Assembly (NCBI GenBank): GCA_963783305.1
Contig: CAWAMW010000016.1
Coordinates: forward strand, 224,001-288,000
DNA from: an uncultured Gemmatimonadales bacterium
GTDB taxonomy: Bacteria > Gemmatimonadota > Gemmatimonadetes > Longimicrobiales > RSA9
Direction of reading: 5' to 3'
Length of the DNA: 64,000 nt
Shown here: in pieces, positions 21,241 through 31,336 of the stretch
Position numbering within the stretch: position 1 is the first letter of the stretch
Layout of the letters: each line of letters starts with the position of its first letter
The notes under the pieces: generated by a model
What the model saw: the letters and a program-made list of their open reading frames with translations, nothing else
What the model was told of the DNA's origin: nothing
Databases searched by the model: none
Translations under genes and position numbers: made by a program

Positions 21241-21388
21241 CCCCTTCCGGGGTACCCGAGATCCTCCCTGTCAGCCGTCGGTCGTGCACGCGAGCAGGTA
21301 GGGGCGACGGTCCCCGGATCCGGAGACGCGATCTCACCCGAACAGGCCCGGGACGCTGTGCAGCGATCCACCGGCGCACGCCGTAAAC

Positions 21389-21434
21389 CCGCTTCGCCGC
21401 CGAGCGTACCCGTGAGGGTCGAGCGGCGGAGCGG
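21389..21434. terminator. Stem-loop between convergent transporter genes
   Basis: CCGCTTCGCCGC ... GCGGCGGAGCGG inverted repeat. Confidence 0.5.
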
Positions 21435-21469
21435 TACCGTCGTCCCGGACCGGTCCGGACCGGCGACCG

Positions 21470-23248
21470 CTAGCGGCGGCCCTCCCGCTTGTCCTTCAGG
21501 TACCGCTGGCGCGCCTCCACGTTTGAGAGCCACGGCTGGCGCTCGAAGTAGCTCTTCGTCATCTCCACGACCTGCGGCGCCAGCAGCACCATGGCGATGA
21601 GGTTCGGCAGGATCACGATCCCGAGGAACACGTCGCCCAGATCCCAGATGACCGTCAGCGGCAGGATCGCACCCACGAAGTGCATGAGGACGAAGACCAG
21701 CTTGTAGGGCAGGATCGCCCTGGGCCCGAAGAGGTAGTTGGCGCACCGGTCGCCGTAATAGCTCCACGCGATGGCCGTGGAGATGGCGAAGAGGAGCACA
21801 CTCACGATCACGATGTAGCGGCCCCAGTCGCCGGGCAGACCGCGGCGGAATCCGAGCATGGTCAGCGGAGCGCCGCTCTCCACCGCGTTGGCGTACAGCG
21901 CGGGATACTCCTGCCCCTGCATGTCCCGGGCGATCCCCTCGGCGGGGAAGACCTCGCCCGTGAACGGCTGCGTCTGCTCCGGGTCGATGAACAGCTCATC
22001 GAGGGCGACCTCGTGCCACGCCAGCACCGCGTCGCTCTGCTCCATGCCGGCGGGGATCCCGTCCGAGTATCGTACGGCGTCGGGCGCGGCGGCCTCGCGG
22101 CCGTGGCCGGTCTCGTCCACCACCACGTAGGTCACGTCGCCCCGGCCGGTCAGGTCGATCGCCGTCGGGACCCGCGCGTCGTACGCGCCGGTCATGATGA
22201 TCACCAGACCGGTCATGGTGCAGATGAGGATCGTGTCGATGAACGGCTCGAGCAGCGCCACCACGCCTTCGGAGACCGGCTCATCCGTCTTGGCCGCCGA
22301 GTGCGCGATCGGGGCCGAGCCCTGACCGGCCTCGTTGGAGAAGAGGCCGCGCCGCACGCCCCACATGAGCGTGAGCAGGAACGCGCCCGCGCCGGTGCCC
22401 GCCACGCCGGCCGACGGGTTGAAGGCCTCGCGGAAAATCAGCCCGAACGTGGGCATGATGTCGCCGACGTTCGACAGGATGATGATCAGCGCGCCCAGCA
22501 CGTACACCGCCGCCATTAGCGGCGCCAGGATCCCCGTCACCTTCCCGATCCGCTTGATCCCGCCCAGGATCACCGCGCCCACGATGGAGGCGGTGACCAG
22601 GCCCGTGATCCACGGCGCGATCCCGAACTCCGTCTGCATGGTGTCCGCCACCGTGTTCGCCTGGATCCCGTTCCCCGTGAGGAACGCGGTGATCCCGAGG
22701 ATCGTGGCGAAGAAGACGGCCATCCACTTCCAGTTCGGGCCGAGCCCCTTCTCAATGTAGTACATGGGGCCGCCGGAGACGCTCCCCTCCCACGACTTCG
22801 GGTCGTGGTCGGCCACCACCTCCCGGTACCGCTGCGCCAGCGTGACCTCCGTGAACTTCGTCGCCATGCCGAGGAAGGCGGTCATCCACATCCAGAACAG
22901 CGCGCCGGGCCCGCCGAAGTGGAGCGCAATGGCGACGCCCGCGATGTTCCCGATCCCCACAGTGGCCGAGAGCGCGGTCGTGAGCGCCTGGAAATGCGCC
23001 ACGTCGCCGGGCTCGTCCGGGTCGTCGTACCGCCCCGTGGTCACCGCGAAGCCGTGCCCCAGGTGCCGCAGCTGGATGAAGGCGAGGCGGAGGGTCAGGT
23101 AGAGGCCCACCCCGAGCAGCGCGATCACGACCAGCGGGATCTCCTCATCTCCGACGGGGATCCCGAAGTCCCAGACGAAGTAGCCCACTTCAGCCACGAA
23201 CCATTCGAGAGCGGACCCGATCCAGCCGAAAATTGCGTCCATTGCCAT
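21470..23248 (-). CDS. Alanine/glycine:cation symporter (AGCS, AlsT family)
   Basis: FQALTTALSATVGIGNIAGVA, GGPGALFWMW, GGPMYY, RGLFSNEAGQGS, EPFIDT. Confidence 0.93.
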   Translation of the reverse strand: MAMDAIFGWIGSALEWFVAEVGYFVWDFGIPVGDEEIPLVVIALLGVGLYLTLRLAFIQLRHLGHGFAVTTGRYDDPDEPGDVAHFQALTTALSATVGIGNIAGVAIALHFGGPGALFWMWMTAFLGMATKFTEVTLAQRYREVVADHDPKSWEGSVSGGPMYYIEKGLGPNWKWMAVFFATILGITAFLTGNGIQANTVADTMQTEFGIAPWITGLVTASIVGAVILGGIKRIGKVTGILAPLMAAVYVLGALIIILSNVGDIMPTFGLIFREAFNPSAGVAGTGAGAFLLTLMWGVRRGLFSNEAGQGSAPIAHSAAKTDEPVSEGVVALLEPFIDTILICTMTGLVIIMTGAYDARVPTAIDLTGRGDVTYVVVDETGHGREAAAPDAVRYSDGIPAGMEQSDAVLAWHEVALDELFIDPEQTQPFTGEVFPAEGIARDMQGQEYPALYANAVESGAPLTMLGFRRGLPGDWGRYIVIVSVLLFAISTAIAWSYYGDRCANYLFGPRAILPYKLVFVLMHFVGAILPLTVIWDLGDVFLGIVILPNLIAMVLLAPQVVEMTKSYFERQPWLSNVEARQRYLKDKREGRR

Positions 23249-23497
23249 CGCGTCTTTTAGGGGGTTGTCCGGCGGCCGGCGCGGCCGCCTGTGCACAGGT
23301 CGGAGTCGGAAAGGGTACAACGCCATCGCTGTCGAGGCCAGCCGGCGGGCCGGTCCGGTCCCGCTCGCGGTGCGGCGGGGCCATCGTGCGGACTCGCGGC
23401 CGGGGCGGTTCCCGTTTTCGATTTCCCCCTTATGTTATGGAGGTCCGGCGCTTGCCTGGGCTGCACGAGACCCGACGCGAGATTCGAAGGAGAACGG

Positions 23498-24490
23498 ATG
23501 AGATTCTGGACCCGCATGGTGGCGGGCGCGGGGCTGCTGGTACTCGCTCCCCTGGCGCAGGCGTCTGCCCAGGGCACGCCGCTCGGCACCCGGATTCCGG
23601 GCCGACCGCTCGGCACCACAGTGGACTCCGACAGGGCCCCCCGGCCGGCGTTCCTGGCGCACCAGATCACGTTCCCGCGCGTCGCGCAGGCCCGGGATGC
23701 CACGGATGGCCGGCTCCGTATACTCTTCCACGACAAGGGCGTCACCTACCCGGCCCCCGAGATCTTCCTCCGCGTATTCAAGCACGAGCGCGTCATGGAG
23801 CTGTGGGCCCGCTCCGCCGCCGACTCCACCTTCACCCTCATGAAGGAGTACCCGATCTGCGCTCTGCCCGGACAGCTCGGACCCAAGCAGAAGATGGGCG
23901 ACTTCCAGGTCCCGGAAGGCTTCTACTACATCGACGAGTTCAACCCCCGCAGCGCATACCACCTCTCCCTGCGCGTCAGCTATCCCAATCTCTCCGACCG
24001 CCTGCGACGCGAGGTCGTCTCGCTCGGAGGCGATATCTTCGTCCACGGTGGCTGCGAGACCGTCGGCTGCGTTCCCATCGAGAACGCCAATATCCAGGAG
24101 GTGTACTGGCTCGCCGCCCAGGCCATGGACGAGGGACAGCAGGTCATTCCCATCCACATCTTCCCAAGCCGCATGGACGAGACCCAGAGGCGCTGGCTCG
24201 AGAGCACCTTCTCCCCCGACCCCGACCTCCTGGCCTTCTGGGACAATCTCGCCGACGGCTACGCCTACTTCGAGGCCACCCGGCGCGTTCCCTGGATCAC
24301 CGTCCAGCCCGACGGCCGCTACGCCGTCCCCGCATTCGACCGTATCGCGAGCGAGGGAGACGCGCTGCCCGATACCGTCGCTACGCCCGATACGGCTGCC
24401 ACCCCGGACATGGGCGTCGCGCCGGACATGGGCGTCGCGCCGGACAGCGCCCGCGCTGTCCCGGTCGGGATCCCGCACGACGGCGGCTGA
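23498..24490 (+). CDS. YafK/DpaA-like L,D-transpeptidase family protein (paralog 1)
   Basis: AAGGAG RBS; signal peptide; IFLRVFKHE, YPIC, GPKQKMGDFQVPEGFY, S.YHLS...YPN, DIFVHGGCETVGC. Confidence 0.88.
   Translation: MRFWTRMVAGAGLLVLAPLAQASAQGTPLGTRIPGRPLGTTVDSDRAPRPAFLAHQITFPRVAQARDATDGRLRILFHDKGVTYPAPEIFLRVFKHERVMELWARSAADSTFTLMKEYPICALPGQLGPKQKMGDFQVPEGFYYIDEFNPRSAYHLSLRVSYPNLSDRLRREVVSLGGDIFVHGGCETVGCVPIENANIQEVYWLAAQAMDEGQQVIPIHIFPSRMDETQRRWLESTFSPDPDLLAFWDNLADGYAYFEATRRVPWITVQPDGRYAVPAFDRIASEGDALPDTVATPDTAATPDMGVAPDMGVAPDSARAVPVGIPHDGG
24368..24450 (+). repeat. In-frame 18-bp tandem repeat (PDTVAT/PDTAAT/PDMGVA/PDMGVA/PDS)
   Basis: ccggacatgggcgtcgcg repeated exactly twice with degenerate flanking units. 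Confidence 0.8.
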
Positions 24491-24672
24491 CCGCTCCGAC
24501 TCTGCGGAGCCGAGCCCGGGGAGCCTCCGGAGACCGCTCTGAACATCCGGTCCTCGGTCCTTCCGCTGGCCGACCCATGGCGCCCACTGGTGGCGAACAG
24601 AAGGTGTTTCCTCTAACGTAGAGCGATTCGTTCGGCGTGCCGGGCGTTCTCCTTTCACAGATTCGACTTGCG

Positions 24673-25671
24673 ATGGCCGCAATTCTGCCTCAGCCGCGCG
24701 CTGCGCGCATCCTGTTGTGCATGGGGGTGGGGGTCCTCTGCCTCCTTGCGCCCGGACGATCGGCGGCTCAGGCGCGGAGCGCCGCTTCGGCGGCGCTGGG
24801 ACACCGAGTGTACTCGGCGGTCCTCGAGCCCGATTCCGGCGGGTTCCTGGAGCGGCAGCTGGTGAACCCGCGCGTACGTAGCGCATACGAGCGGACGGGC
24901 CACCGGGTGGAGGCCGTCCTGGATGCGGGTGGGGTCGAACGCGTGGCGGAGGTGTTCCTTCGGATCTTCAAGCGCGAGCGGGAGCTGGAGCTCTGGGCGC
25001 GGGAGCCGGGAGTGGCGACGTTTACACGGGTGAGGACGTACCCGGTGTGCGATGTCTCCGGCGACCTGGGCCCGAAGCGGCGGCAGGGGGACCTCCAGAT
25101 CCCGGAGGGCTTCTACACCATCGACATCTTCAATCCGTCGAGCCGGTACCACCTCTCCATGCGGGTGGACTACCCCAACGCAGTGGACCGGGCGCGAAAC
25201 CCGGGCGCGGCGCTGGGCGGCGACATCTACATTCATGGCGGGTGCGCGACCATCGGCTGTGTGCCCGTGACCGACGCCTATATCGAGGAGCTGTATCTGG
25301 CGGCCGCCGCCGCCCGCGACGCGGGGCAGCCCAGCATCCCCGTACACATCTTCCCGACCCGACTGGACGTCGACGGGGTGGAGTGGCTCGCCGCCACCTA
25401 CGGCCCGAGCCACGTCGAGCATTCGTTCTGGCGCAACCTCCAGGAGGGGTATCTCGCCTTCGAGACCACGCGCGTCGTGCCCAGGGTTGGCTTCGCCGGC
25501 GGCCGCTACACCTTCGCCCCACCACGTCCAAGGGTGCCTCTCGGCACGCCTGTCGACCTCCTCTCGCGCCCACGCTCACCCGTGGCGACCCTCTTCGACG
25601 CGCCGCTCTCCGTCATGCAGGGGCTCCCCGCAGCGGCTGCGCGGCCGTCCGCGCTCCAGAAGCCGCTTTAA
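24673..25671 (+). CDS. YafK/DpaA-like L,D-transpeptidase family protein (paralog 2); start uncertain
   Basis: VFLRIFKRE, YPVC, GPKRRQGDLQIPEGFY, DIYIHGGCATIGC, FWRNLQEGY. Confidence 0.88.
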   Translation: MAAILPQPRAARILLCMGVGVLCLLAPGRSAAQARSAASAALGHRVYSAVLEPDSGGFLERQLVNPRVRSAYERTGHRVEAVLDAGGVERVAEVFLRIFKRERELELWAREPGVATFTRVRTYPVCDVSGDLGPKRRQGDLQIPEGFYTIDIFNPSSRYHLSMRVDYPNAVDRARNPGAALGGDIYIHGGCATIGCVPVTDAYIEELYLAAAAARDAGQPSIPVHIFPTRLDVDGVEWLAATYGPSHVEHSFWRNLQEGYLAFETTRVVPRVGFAGGRYTFAPPRPRVPLGTPVDLLSRPRSPVATLFDAPLSVMQGLPAAAARPSALQKPL

Positions 25672-25745
25672 CACATCCCCTCCGCCTCACGTCTGTACGG
25701 ATGGACTGACGAAGGACAACCGTACCGTAACCATTGGAGGACTCC

Positions 25746-26663
25746 ATGCGAGGGAGCCTGAGAGTAGGGAGTGCGTTGGTGGCGCTGATGCTGGTGGCAA
25801 CACCGGCCATCGCCCAGGGACAGGGACAGGGGATCGGGAGAGGGCAGGGCCTCGGGCCGGGCGGGCAGGTTCGCAACCCCGCTGCGATGGTGCTCGAGCA
25901 CCGCGATGACCTCGATCTCACCGGTGAGCAGGTCGAGCGGCTGGAAGCTCTGCAGGCCGCGCTCGAGACCGAGAACGCGCCGCGGATCGAGCGGCTCCGC
26001 GCCGCCACGTCCGCCGACGAGATGCGGCAGCTCCGCGAGGCGATCCGCGCCACCAACCGTGGCGCCGGGATCTCCATCCACGAGATCCTGAGCGATGAGC
26101 AGGAAAGTCGCCTCCGGCCGATCATGCACGAGGGTCGCCCCGGCTGGGGCCCCGAGAACCGACCGGCGGCCGGCCGCGGGGGCGGCGTGGCGCCCGGGCG
26201 GGGCGACCGTGCGGGTTCGGCCGCCCACGGCATGCGCGGCCCCCGGGGCACGGGGCCGGCCGGAATGGGCCAGGGACGGGGAGCGTCCGTTCGCAACCCG
26301 GCCACCCGTCTTCTGGAGCAGCGGGACACCCTGGAACTGACGGGCGAGCAGGTGGAGCGGCTGACCGCGATCCGGGACCGGATCGAGCGGGAGAACGAGC
26401 CGCGCCGCGAGCGGCTCCAGGCGGCGCTCCAGGAGCTGCGGTCCGAGCTCGACGGGATGAGCGTCGAAGAGCGACGGGCGGCCCGTGAGCAGAACCGCGA
26501 CCGGATGGCCGGGCTACGCTCCATTCGCGAGGAGATCCGCGCCACCAACCGTGAGGCGGGTGACGAGATCCACGAGCTGCTGACCGATGAGCAGGAGGCG
26601 CTTCTGCAGTCGCTCATGCGGCAGGGAATGCGGCAGGGAATGCGGCAGGGCCGCATGCGGTAG
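25746..26663 (+). CDS. Spy/CpxP-like periplasmic protein with two LTXXQ-type domains
   Basis: GGAGGA RBS; signal peptide; LDLTGEQ...ILSDEQ and LELTGEQ...LLTDEQ; Gly-rich linker; C-terminal (MRQG)3. Confidence 0.75.
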   Translation: MRGSLRVGSALVALMLVATPAIAQGQGQGIGRGQGLGPGGQVRNPAAMVLEHRDDLDLTGEQVERLEALQAALETENAPRIERLRAATSADEMRQLREAIRATNRGAGISIHEILSDEQESRLRPIMHEGRPGWGPENRPAAGRGGGVAPGRGDRAGSAAHGMRGPRGTGPAGMGQGRGASVRNPATRLLEQRDTLELTGEQVERLTAIRDRIERENEPRRERLQAALQELRSELDGMSVEERRAAREQNRDRMAGLRSIREEIRATNREAGDEIHELLTDEQEALLQSLMRQGMRQGMRQGRMR

Positions 26664-26709
26664 GGCAGGGGATAATGCGCGAAAAGCCCCCCCCGCTGCA
26701 CGGGAGGAC

Positions 26710-26749
26710 CGAGAACCGCTTGCCGGGCAGCCCTGGCAGGCGGTTCTCG
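26710..26749. terminator. 18-bp stem-loop between convergent genes
   Basis: CGAGAACCGCTTGCCGGG-cagc-CCTGGCAGGCGGTTCTCG (two G-U pairs). Confidence 0.65.
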
Positions 26750-26788
26750 TATGCGGGGCGCGCCCGGTCGCCCGGTGCTACGGCAGTC

Positions 26789-27013
26789 CTACTCGAACTC
26801 GGTGCTCGACCGCCTGCCGCCGCTCCTTCCGATCAGATAGCCCAGCGGGAGGGCCAGTGCCGCCGCGCCGAGCGCGCTGATGCGCGGGGCGTACGCGTGC
26901 CGGAGGTCGTAGTTCATCTTCTTCAGCCGCACGGCCTTCTTCGGGTGCAGCACGGCAAAGGTGGTCCTGGGGGCCTTCGAGTAGGCGAGAGTCTTTGCGA
27001 TGGAGCGGATCAT
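26789..27013 (-). CDS. Small basic hypothetical protein with C-terminal TM helix
   Basis: GGAGG upstream; 74-aa ORF with protein-like composition. Confidence 0.6.
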   Translation of the reverse strand: MIRSIAKTLAYSKAPRTTFAVLHPKKAVRLKKMNYDLRHAYAPRISALGAAALALPLGYLIGRSGGRRSSTEFE

Positions 27014-27105
27014 CCTGGGCCTCCGGTTCTAGGCGTGTGGTGCCATCTCAACGTGGTCAACCACCCGATCCATGGTGCAAGGCCCGTGCGAGAAAGTGGG
27101 CGGGG

Positions 27106-27774
27106 TCAGGCCCGCTCCAGCGCCCGCCGGAAGAGCCACACGCTCACGGCGATCCCGGTTCCGATCCACAGAACGCCCCAGACGATCGTCGGGATCCCCG
27201 TCATGGCCGCCAGCATGTGCGCGTCCGACTCCAGGTACGGACGGTCGAGAACGTCGCTCTTGATGTCGAGCAGCGCGTACAGGCACGACGTGAGACCCAG
27301 GGCCGTGAGGACGAGGACGTGCACGCCACGACCGGTGGCGCGCAGCCCGAGCAGCGCGGCGCCGAAGAGCGCTCCGAAGAGGATGCCGAACGCGTTCCGG
27401 ACGTAGAGCGCCGTCAGGGCGAGGACCGCGATCCCGATGAGACTGGTGGTGTCCCGGGGGGTGGGTCGTCGGGCCCGGGCGAGCACGACGATCAACGCCC
27501 CCCACCCCAGGCTGCCCAGGTACCCGGCCGAGAGGGTGAGGAACGCATTGCCGCCCGGGCAATAGCAGAGCCCGCCCTGGTCCGGTGTCACGACGATGCG
27601 CTGGACCTCGCCGCCGGTCGCCACGGCCATGGCCGCGTGGCTGGCCTCGTGCAGGAGCACGACGAACAGCTTGAGCGGGTAGATCACCGGCGACCACCAC
27701 AGCAGCCAGACCACCGTCAGCCACACCGTGAAGCCCGCGACAAATGCGATCTGCCGCTTCGTCTTACGCTTCAC
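27106..27774 (-). CDS. M50B-like membrane metallopeptidase
   Basis: LLHEASH (HExxH), AGYLG, SDAHML; multiple TM helices. Confidence 0.88.
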   Translation of the reverse strand: MKRKTKRQIAFVAGFTVWLTVVWLLWWSPVIYPLKLFVVLLHEASHAAMAVATGGEVQRIVVTPDQGGLCYCPGGNAFLTLSAGYLGSLGWGALIVVLARARRPTPRDTTSLIGIAVLALTALYVRNAFGILFGALFGAALLGLRATGRGVHVLVLTALGLTSCLYALLDIKSDVLDRPYLESDAHMLAAMTGIPTIVWGVLWIGTGIAVSVWLFRRALERA

Positions 27775-27821
27775 CCACCCTCCTCAGCGGCACTTCGCAG
27801 CGGCTGCCTCACCAGCGCGAT

Positions 27822-29840
27822 TCACCGGCTGAGCAGCGACCGGACCCGGCCGGCAACGTCCGCGGGCGTGAAGCCATACTCCCGGAACACCTCCTGCGCC
27901 GGGGCCGATGCCCCGAACCGCGAGATCCCCACCACATCGCCGTCGATGCCGACCCAGCGGTGCCAGCCCACCGTGCTCCCGGCCTCCACCGCCACGCGCG
28001 CACGGATCTGCGGGGGCAGCACGTCGTCCCGGTACTCCCGGGGCTGTCGCGCGAAGATCGTCCAGCTGGGCATGCTCACCACTCGCGCCCGCACACCCTC
28101 GTCGGCCAGAATGCTCCGGGCCTCCAGGGCCAGCGCGACCTCGGAGCCGGTGGCGATGAGGATCACCTCCGGATCCCCGCCCTCCGCCTCCGCCAGGACG
28201 TATGCCCCACGATGCAGCCCGTCCGCCGAAGCGAGCCGGTCGCGATCGAGGTGCGGCACGTTCTGGCGCGTCAGGGCCATGAACACCGGGCCGTCGGTGT
28301 TCTCCATGGCGAACCGCCATGCTTCCCTCGTTTCGCTGGCGTCCGCCGGGCGCAGGTCCACCAGACCCGGGATGGCGCGGAGCGTCGACAGCTGCTCGAT
28401 GGGCTGGTGCGTGGGGCCGTCCTCCCCGAGGCCCACGCTGTCGTGGGTGAAGACGTAGATCGTCGGCAGCTCCATGAGCGCCGCGAGCCGGATCGGGGGC
28501 CGCATGTAGTCGGAGAAGATCAGGAAGGTGGCCCCGTACGGCCGCACGCCGCCATGCAGCGACAGCCCGTTCATGACGCCGCCCATGCCGTGCTCCCGCA
28601 CGCCGAAATGGAGGTTGCGTCCCTCGGGCGTTTCCGCCTGGAGGTCGCCGCCGCCGTCGATCACGGTATTGTTCGACGGCCCCAGGTCGGCCGACCCCCC
28701 TATGAGCCACGGGACCCGCGCAGCGATGGCGTTGAGCACCTGACCGCTCGCCTTCCGCGTGGCCATGGGCTTGTCACCGGCGCTCCAGGCCGGGAGCTCC
28801 GCGTCCCAGCCGTCCGGGAGCTCCATCCGGAGCGCCGCCGTCAGCCGCGCCGCGAGCTCCGGGTACGCCCCTTCGTACGCCGACCACCGCTCCCTCCAGC
28901 CCTGGTGCCATTCACGGCCCCGTTCCGCGGCCGCACCCATGTGCTGCCGCACTTCGTCTGGCACGAGGAAGAACTCCTCCTCCGGCCAGCCCAGGTTCCG
29001 CTTCGTCGCCGCCACCTCTTCCTCGCCCAGCGGGGCGCCGTGCGCGTCGGCGGACCCGGCCTTGGCGGGCGAGCCATACCCGATGACCGTCCGGACCGCG
29101 ATCATGGAAGGTCGACCCTCCGCCTTCGCCTCCCGGATCGCCGCGTCCATGGCCTCCAGATCGTTCCCATCGTCCACCCGTGCAGTGTGCCAGCCGTAGG
29201 CCTCGAAGCGCCCGAGCACGTCCTCCGAGAACGCCAGGTCGGTCTTACCCTCGATGGTGATCCCGTTGTCGTCCCAGAAGCAGATGAGCTTTCCGAGCCC
29301 CAGGTGACCGGCGAGCGACGCCGCTTCCGACGCCACCCCCTCCATCAGGTCGCCGTCGGAGCAGATCACGTACGTGTGGTGGTCGATGACCGCGTGGTCG
29401 GGCCGGTTGTAGAGGCGGGCCAGGTGCCGCTCCGCCAGCGCCATACCCACGCCGTTGGCGAAGCCCTGGCCGAGTGGCCCGGTAGTGGTCTCGACGCCCG
29501 GGGTATGGCGGTACTCCGGGTGCCCCGGCGTGCGGCTGCCCCACTGCCGGAAGTTCCGCAGCTCCTCGAGCGCCAGGTCGTAGCCGGTCAGGTGGAGCAT
29601 GGAGTAGAGCAGCATGGATGCGTGCCCCGCCGACAGGATGAAGCGATCCCTGTCGGGCCACGCCGGGTCGTTCGGGTCGTGCCGGAGGTGCCGTTCCCAG
29701 AGGACGTACGCCAGCGGCGCCAGCGCCATGGGCGTGCCCGGGTGGCCCGAGTTGGCGGCCTGCACGGCGTCCATCGAGAGGGTGCGGATCGTGTCGATGC
29801 TGCGCTGCGCAGCCGTCGTCGTCGTGGGTAAGGTCGTCAT
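27822..29840 (-). CDS. tkt: Transketolase
   Basis: [58 protein letters not shown]. Confidence 0.97.
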   Translation of the reverse strand: MTTLPTTTTAAQRSIDTIRTLSMDAVQAANSGHPGTPMALAPLAYVLWERHLRHDPNDPAWPDRDRFILSAGHASMLLYSMLHLTGYDLALEELRNFRQWGSRTPGHPEYRHTPGVETTTGPLGQGFANGVGMALAERHLARLYNRPDHAVIDHHTYVICSDGDLMEGVASEAASLAGHLGLGKLICFWDDNGITIEGKTDLAFSEDVLGRFEAYGWHTARVDDGNDLEAMDAAIREAKAEGRPSMIAVRTVIGYGSPAKAGSADAHGAPLGEEEVAATKRNLGWPEEEFFLVPDEVRQHMGAAAERGREWHQGWRERWSAYEGAYPELAARLTAALRMELPDGWDAELPAWSAGDKPMATRKASGQVLNAIAARVPWLIGGSADLGPSNNTVIDGGGDLQAETPEGRNLHFGVREHGMGGVMNGLSLHGGVRPYGATFLIFSDYMRPPIRLAALMELPTIYVFTHDSVGLGEDGPTHQPIEQLSTLRAIPGLVDLRPADASETREAWRFAMENTDGPVFMALTRQNVPHLDRDRLASADGLHRGAYVLAEAEGGDPEVILIATGSEVALALEARSILADEGVRARVVSMPSWTIFARQPREYRDDVLPPQIRARVAVEAGSTVGWHRWVGIDGDVVGISRFGASAPAQEVFREYGFTPADVAGRVRSLLSR

Positions 29841-30001
29841 CGGTCTTCGGTTGTCGTGAATCGATAGTTGGTCCGGGACGCGTGCTCCGCGCCCGGGCGC
29901 AGGATCGTGGAAGGGAATCCCGGCTGGTTCGACGAGTCGGGGAAGTGCTGGGTCTCCAGCGCCATTCCGCTCCGCGGTCCGTAGACCGTTCCGTTCCTGC
30001 C
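29837..30001 (-). pseudogene. galM: 3' relic of aldose 1-epimerase (galactose mutarotase)
   Basis: [37 protein letters not shown]...TNYRF matches the GalM C-terminus; its TGA overlaps the tkt ATG. Confidence 0.8.
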
Positions 30002-30105
30002 CCGGCTCCGCCACCCGCGCCGCCACCCGCGCCGCCAGTGCCGGCCGGCCCGCCGCGCTCTCCTTCCGGAGGCCCGGCTCCGGAGCGTGAACACCCCGGG
30101 CCCGC

Positions 30106-31329
30106 TCAGCCCTCGAACTCCCGGAGAATCTCCAGCACGCGGTCCACGTCCGACTCCGTGTGGTCGGCGTTGATCTGGAACCGGATCTCCTCGTCGCCCT
30201 TGGGCACCACCGGGAACGCCAGGCCCGTCGCCAGGACCCCGTGGTCGAACAGGTGGCGGACGAGCGCCCGGGTGCGCGCGGTGTCTCTCACCATGAGCGG
30301 GACCACCGGGTGGTCGCCGGGGATCGTCTCCATCCCGAGTCGGTGGAGCCCCTCGTCGAACCGCTTCGTGAGCGACCGGAGCTTTTCCAGCAGATGCTTG
30401 CCGAGCGGGCTGTCCAGCACTTCCAGCGCGGTCGCGGCCGCTCTCGCCTCGCCGGGGGTGATGGGATTGCTGTAAATGTAGAAGGGCGACGTCTCCCGCA
30501 GGAACCGGATCACCGCGCTCGGGCCCACGATATAGCCGCCGTTCACGCCGAACGCCTTCCCCAGCGTGCCGATCAGCAGGTCTACGCGGCCGTTCGTGTA
30601 TTCCTCCGTGCCCCGACCCGTGGTGCCGAACGCGCCCACGCCGTGGGAGTCGTCCGCGACGACGAACACGTTCTCCTCGACGCGCGCGTCGTACTTCCGG
30701 GCGATGGCCATGATCCGGTCCAGCGGCGCGTGGTCGCCACGCATGCTGAAGATCCCGTCCGTGACGATCATCAGCCGCTTCGCCCGCCCGACCGCCTCCT
30801 TGCACGCACGGTCGAGCGCGTCCATGTCCAGGTGCGGGTACACGACCTTGTTCGCTGGCCGCGCCAGCCGCATGGCGTTGATGATGGAGTTGTGGTTCAG
30901 CTCGTCGCTGATGACGATGGTCTCCGGCGTGATCAGCGGACTGATGATGCCCATCACCGTGGCGTAGGCGGAGCTGTAGATCATGCCCGCCTCCCGGCCG
31001 TGGAACTCCGCCAGGCCCGCCTCCAGCTCGACGTGCGCCTCGTACGTCCCGCTGATGAAGCGCACCGCGCCCGGGCCCGCGCCGTACGCCTGGCTGCCGG
31101 ATTCCTCCGCCTCGATGACCGCGTCGCGCAGTCCCATTCCCAGATAGGAGTTGGAGTTCATCCGGATGAACTGCTTCTCCCCTTCGCCCCGCAGCATGAA
31201 CCGTGGCCCACGCCCTTCCTCCGGCTTCAGCACCCGCGTCACCACCGCTTCCTTCCCCTTCGCGCGGTCCTCGGACTCGAGCTCACGGACGTGGTCGTCC
31301 AGTACGGAAATCAACTTGTCGAGTGGCAT
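30106..31329 (-). CDS. kbl: 2-amino-3-ketobutyrate CoA ligase (glycine C-acetyltransferase)
   Basis: [44 protein letters not shown]; adjacent to tdh. Confidence 0.9.
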   Translation of the reverse strand: MPLDKLISVLDDHVRELESEDRAKGKEAVVTRVLKPEEGRGPRFMLRGEGEKQFIRMNSNSYLGMGLRDAVIEAEESGSQAYGAGPGAVRFISGTYEAHVELEAGLAEFHGREAGMIYSSAYATVMGIISPLITPETIVISDELNHNSIINAMRLARPANKVVYPHLDMDALDRACKEAVGRAKRLMIVTDGIFSMRGDHAPLDRIMAIARKYDARVEENVFVVADDSHGVGAFGTTGRGTEEYTNGRVDLLIGTLGKAFGVNGGYIVGPSAVIRFLRETSPFYIYSNPITPGEARAAATALEVLDSPLGKHLLEKLRSLTKRFDEGLHRLGMETIPGDHPVVPLMVRDTARTRALVRHLFDHGVLATGLAFPVVPKGDEEIRFQINADHTESDVDRVLEILREFEG

Positions 31330-31336
31330 GTTTCGG

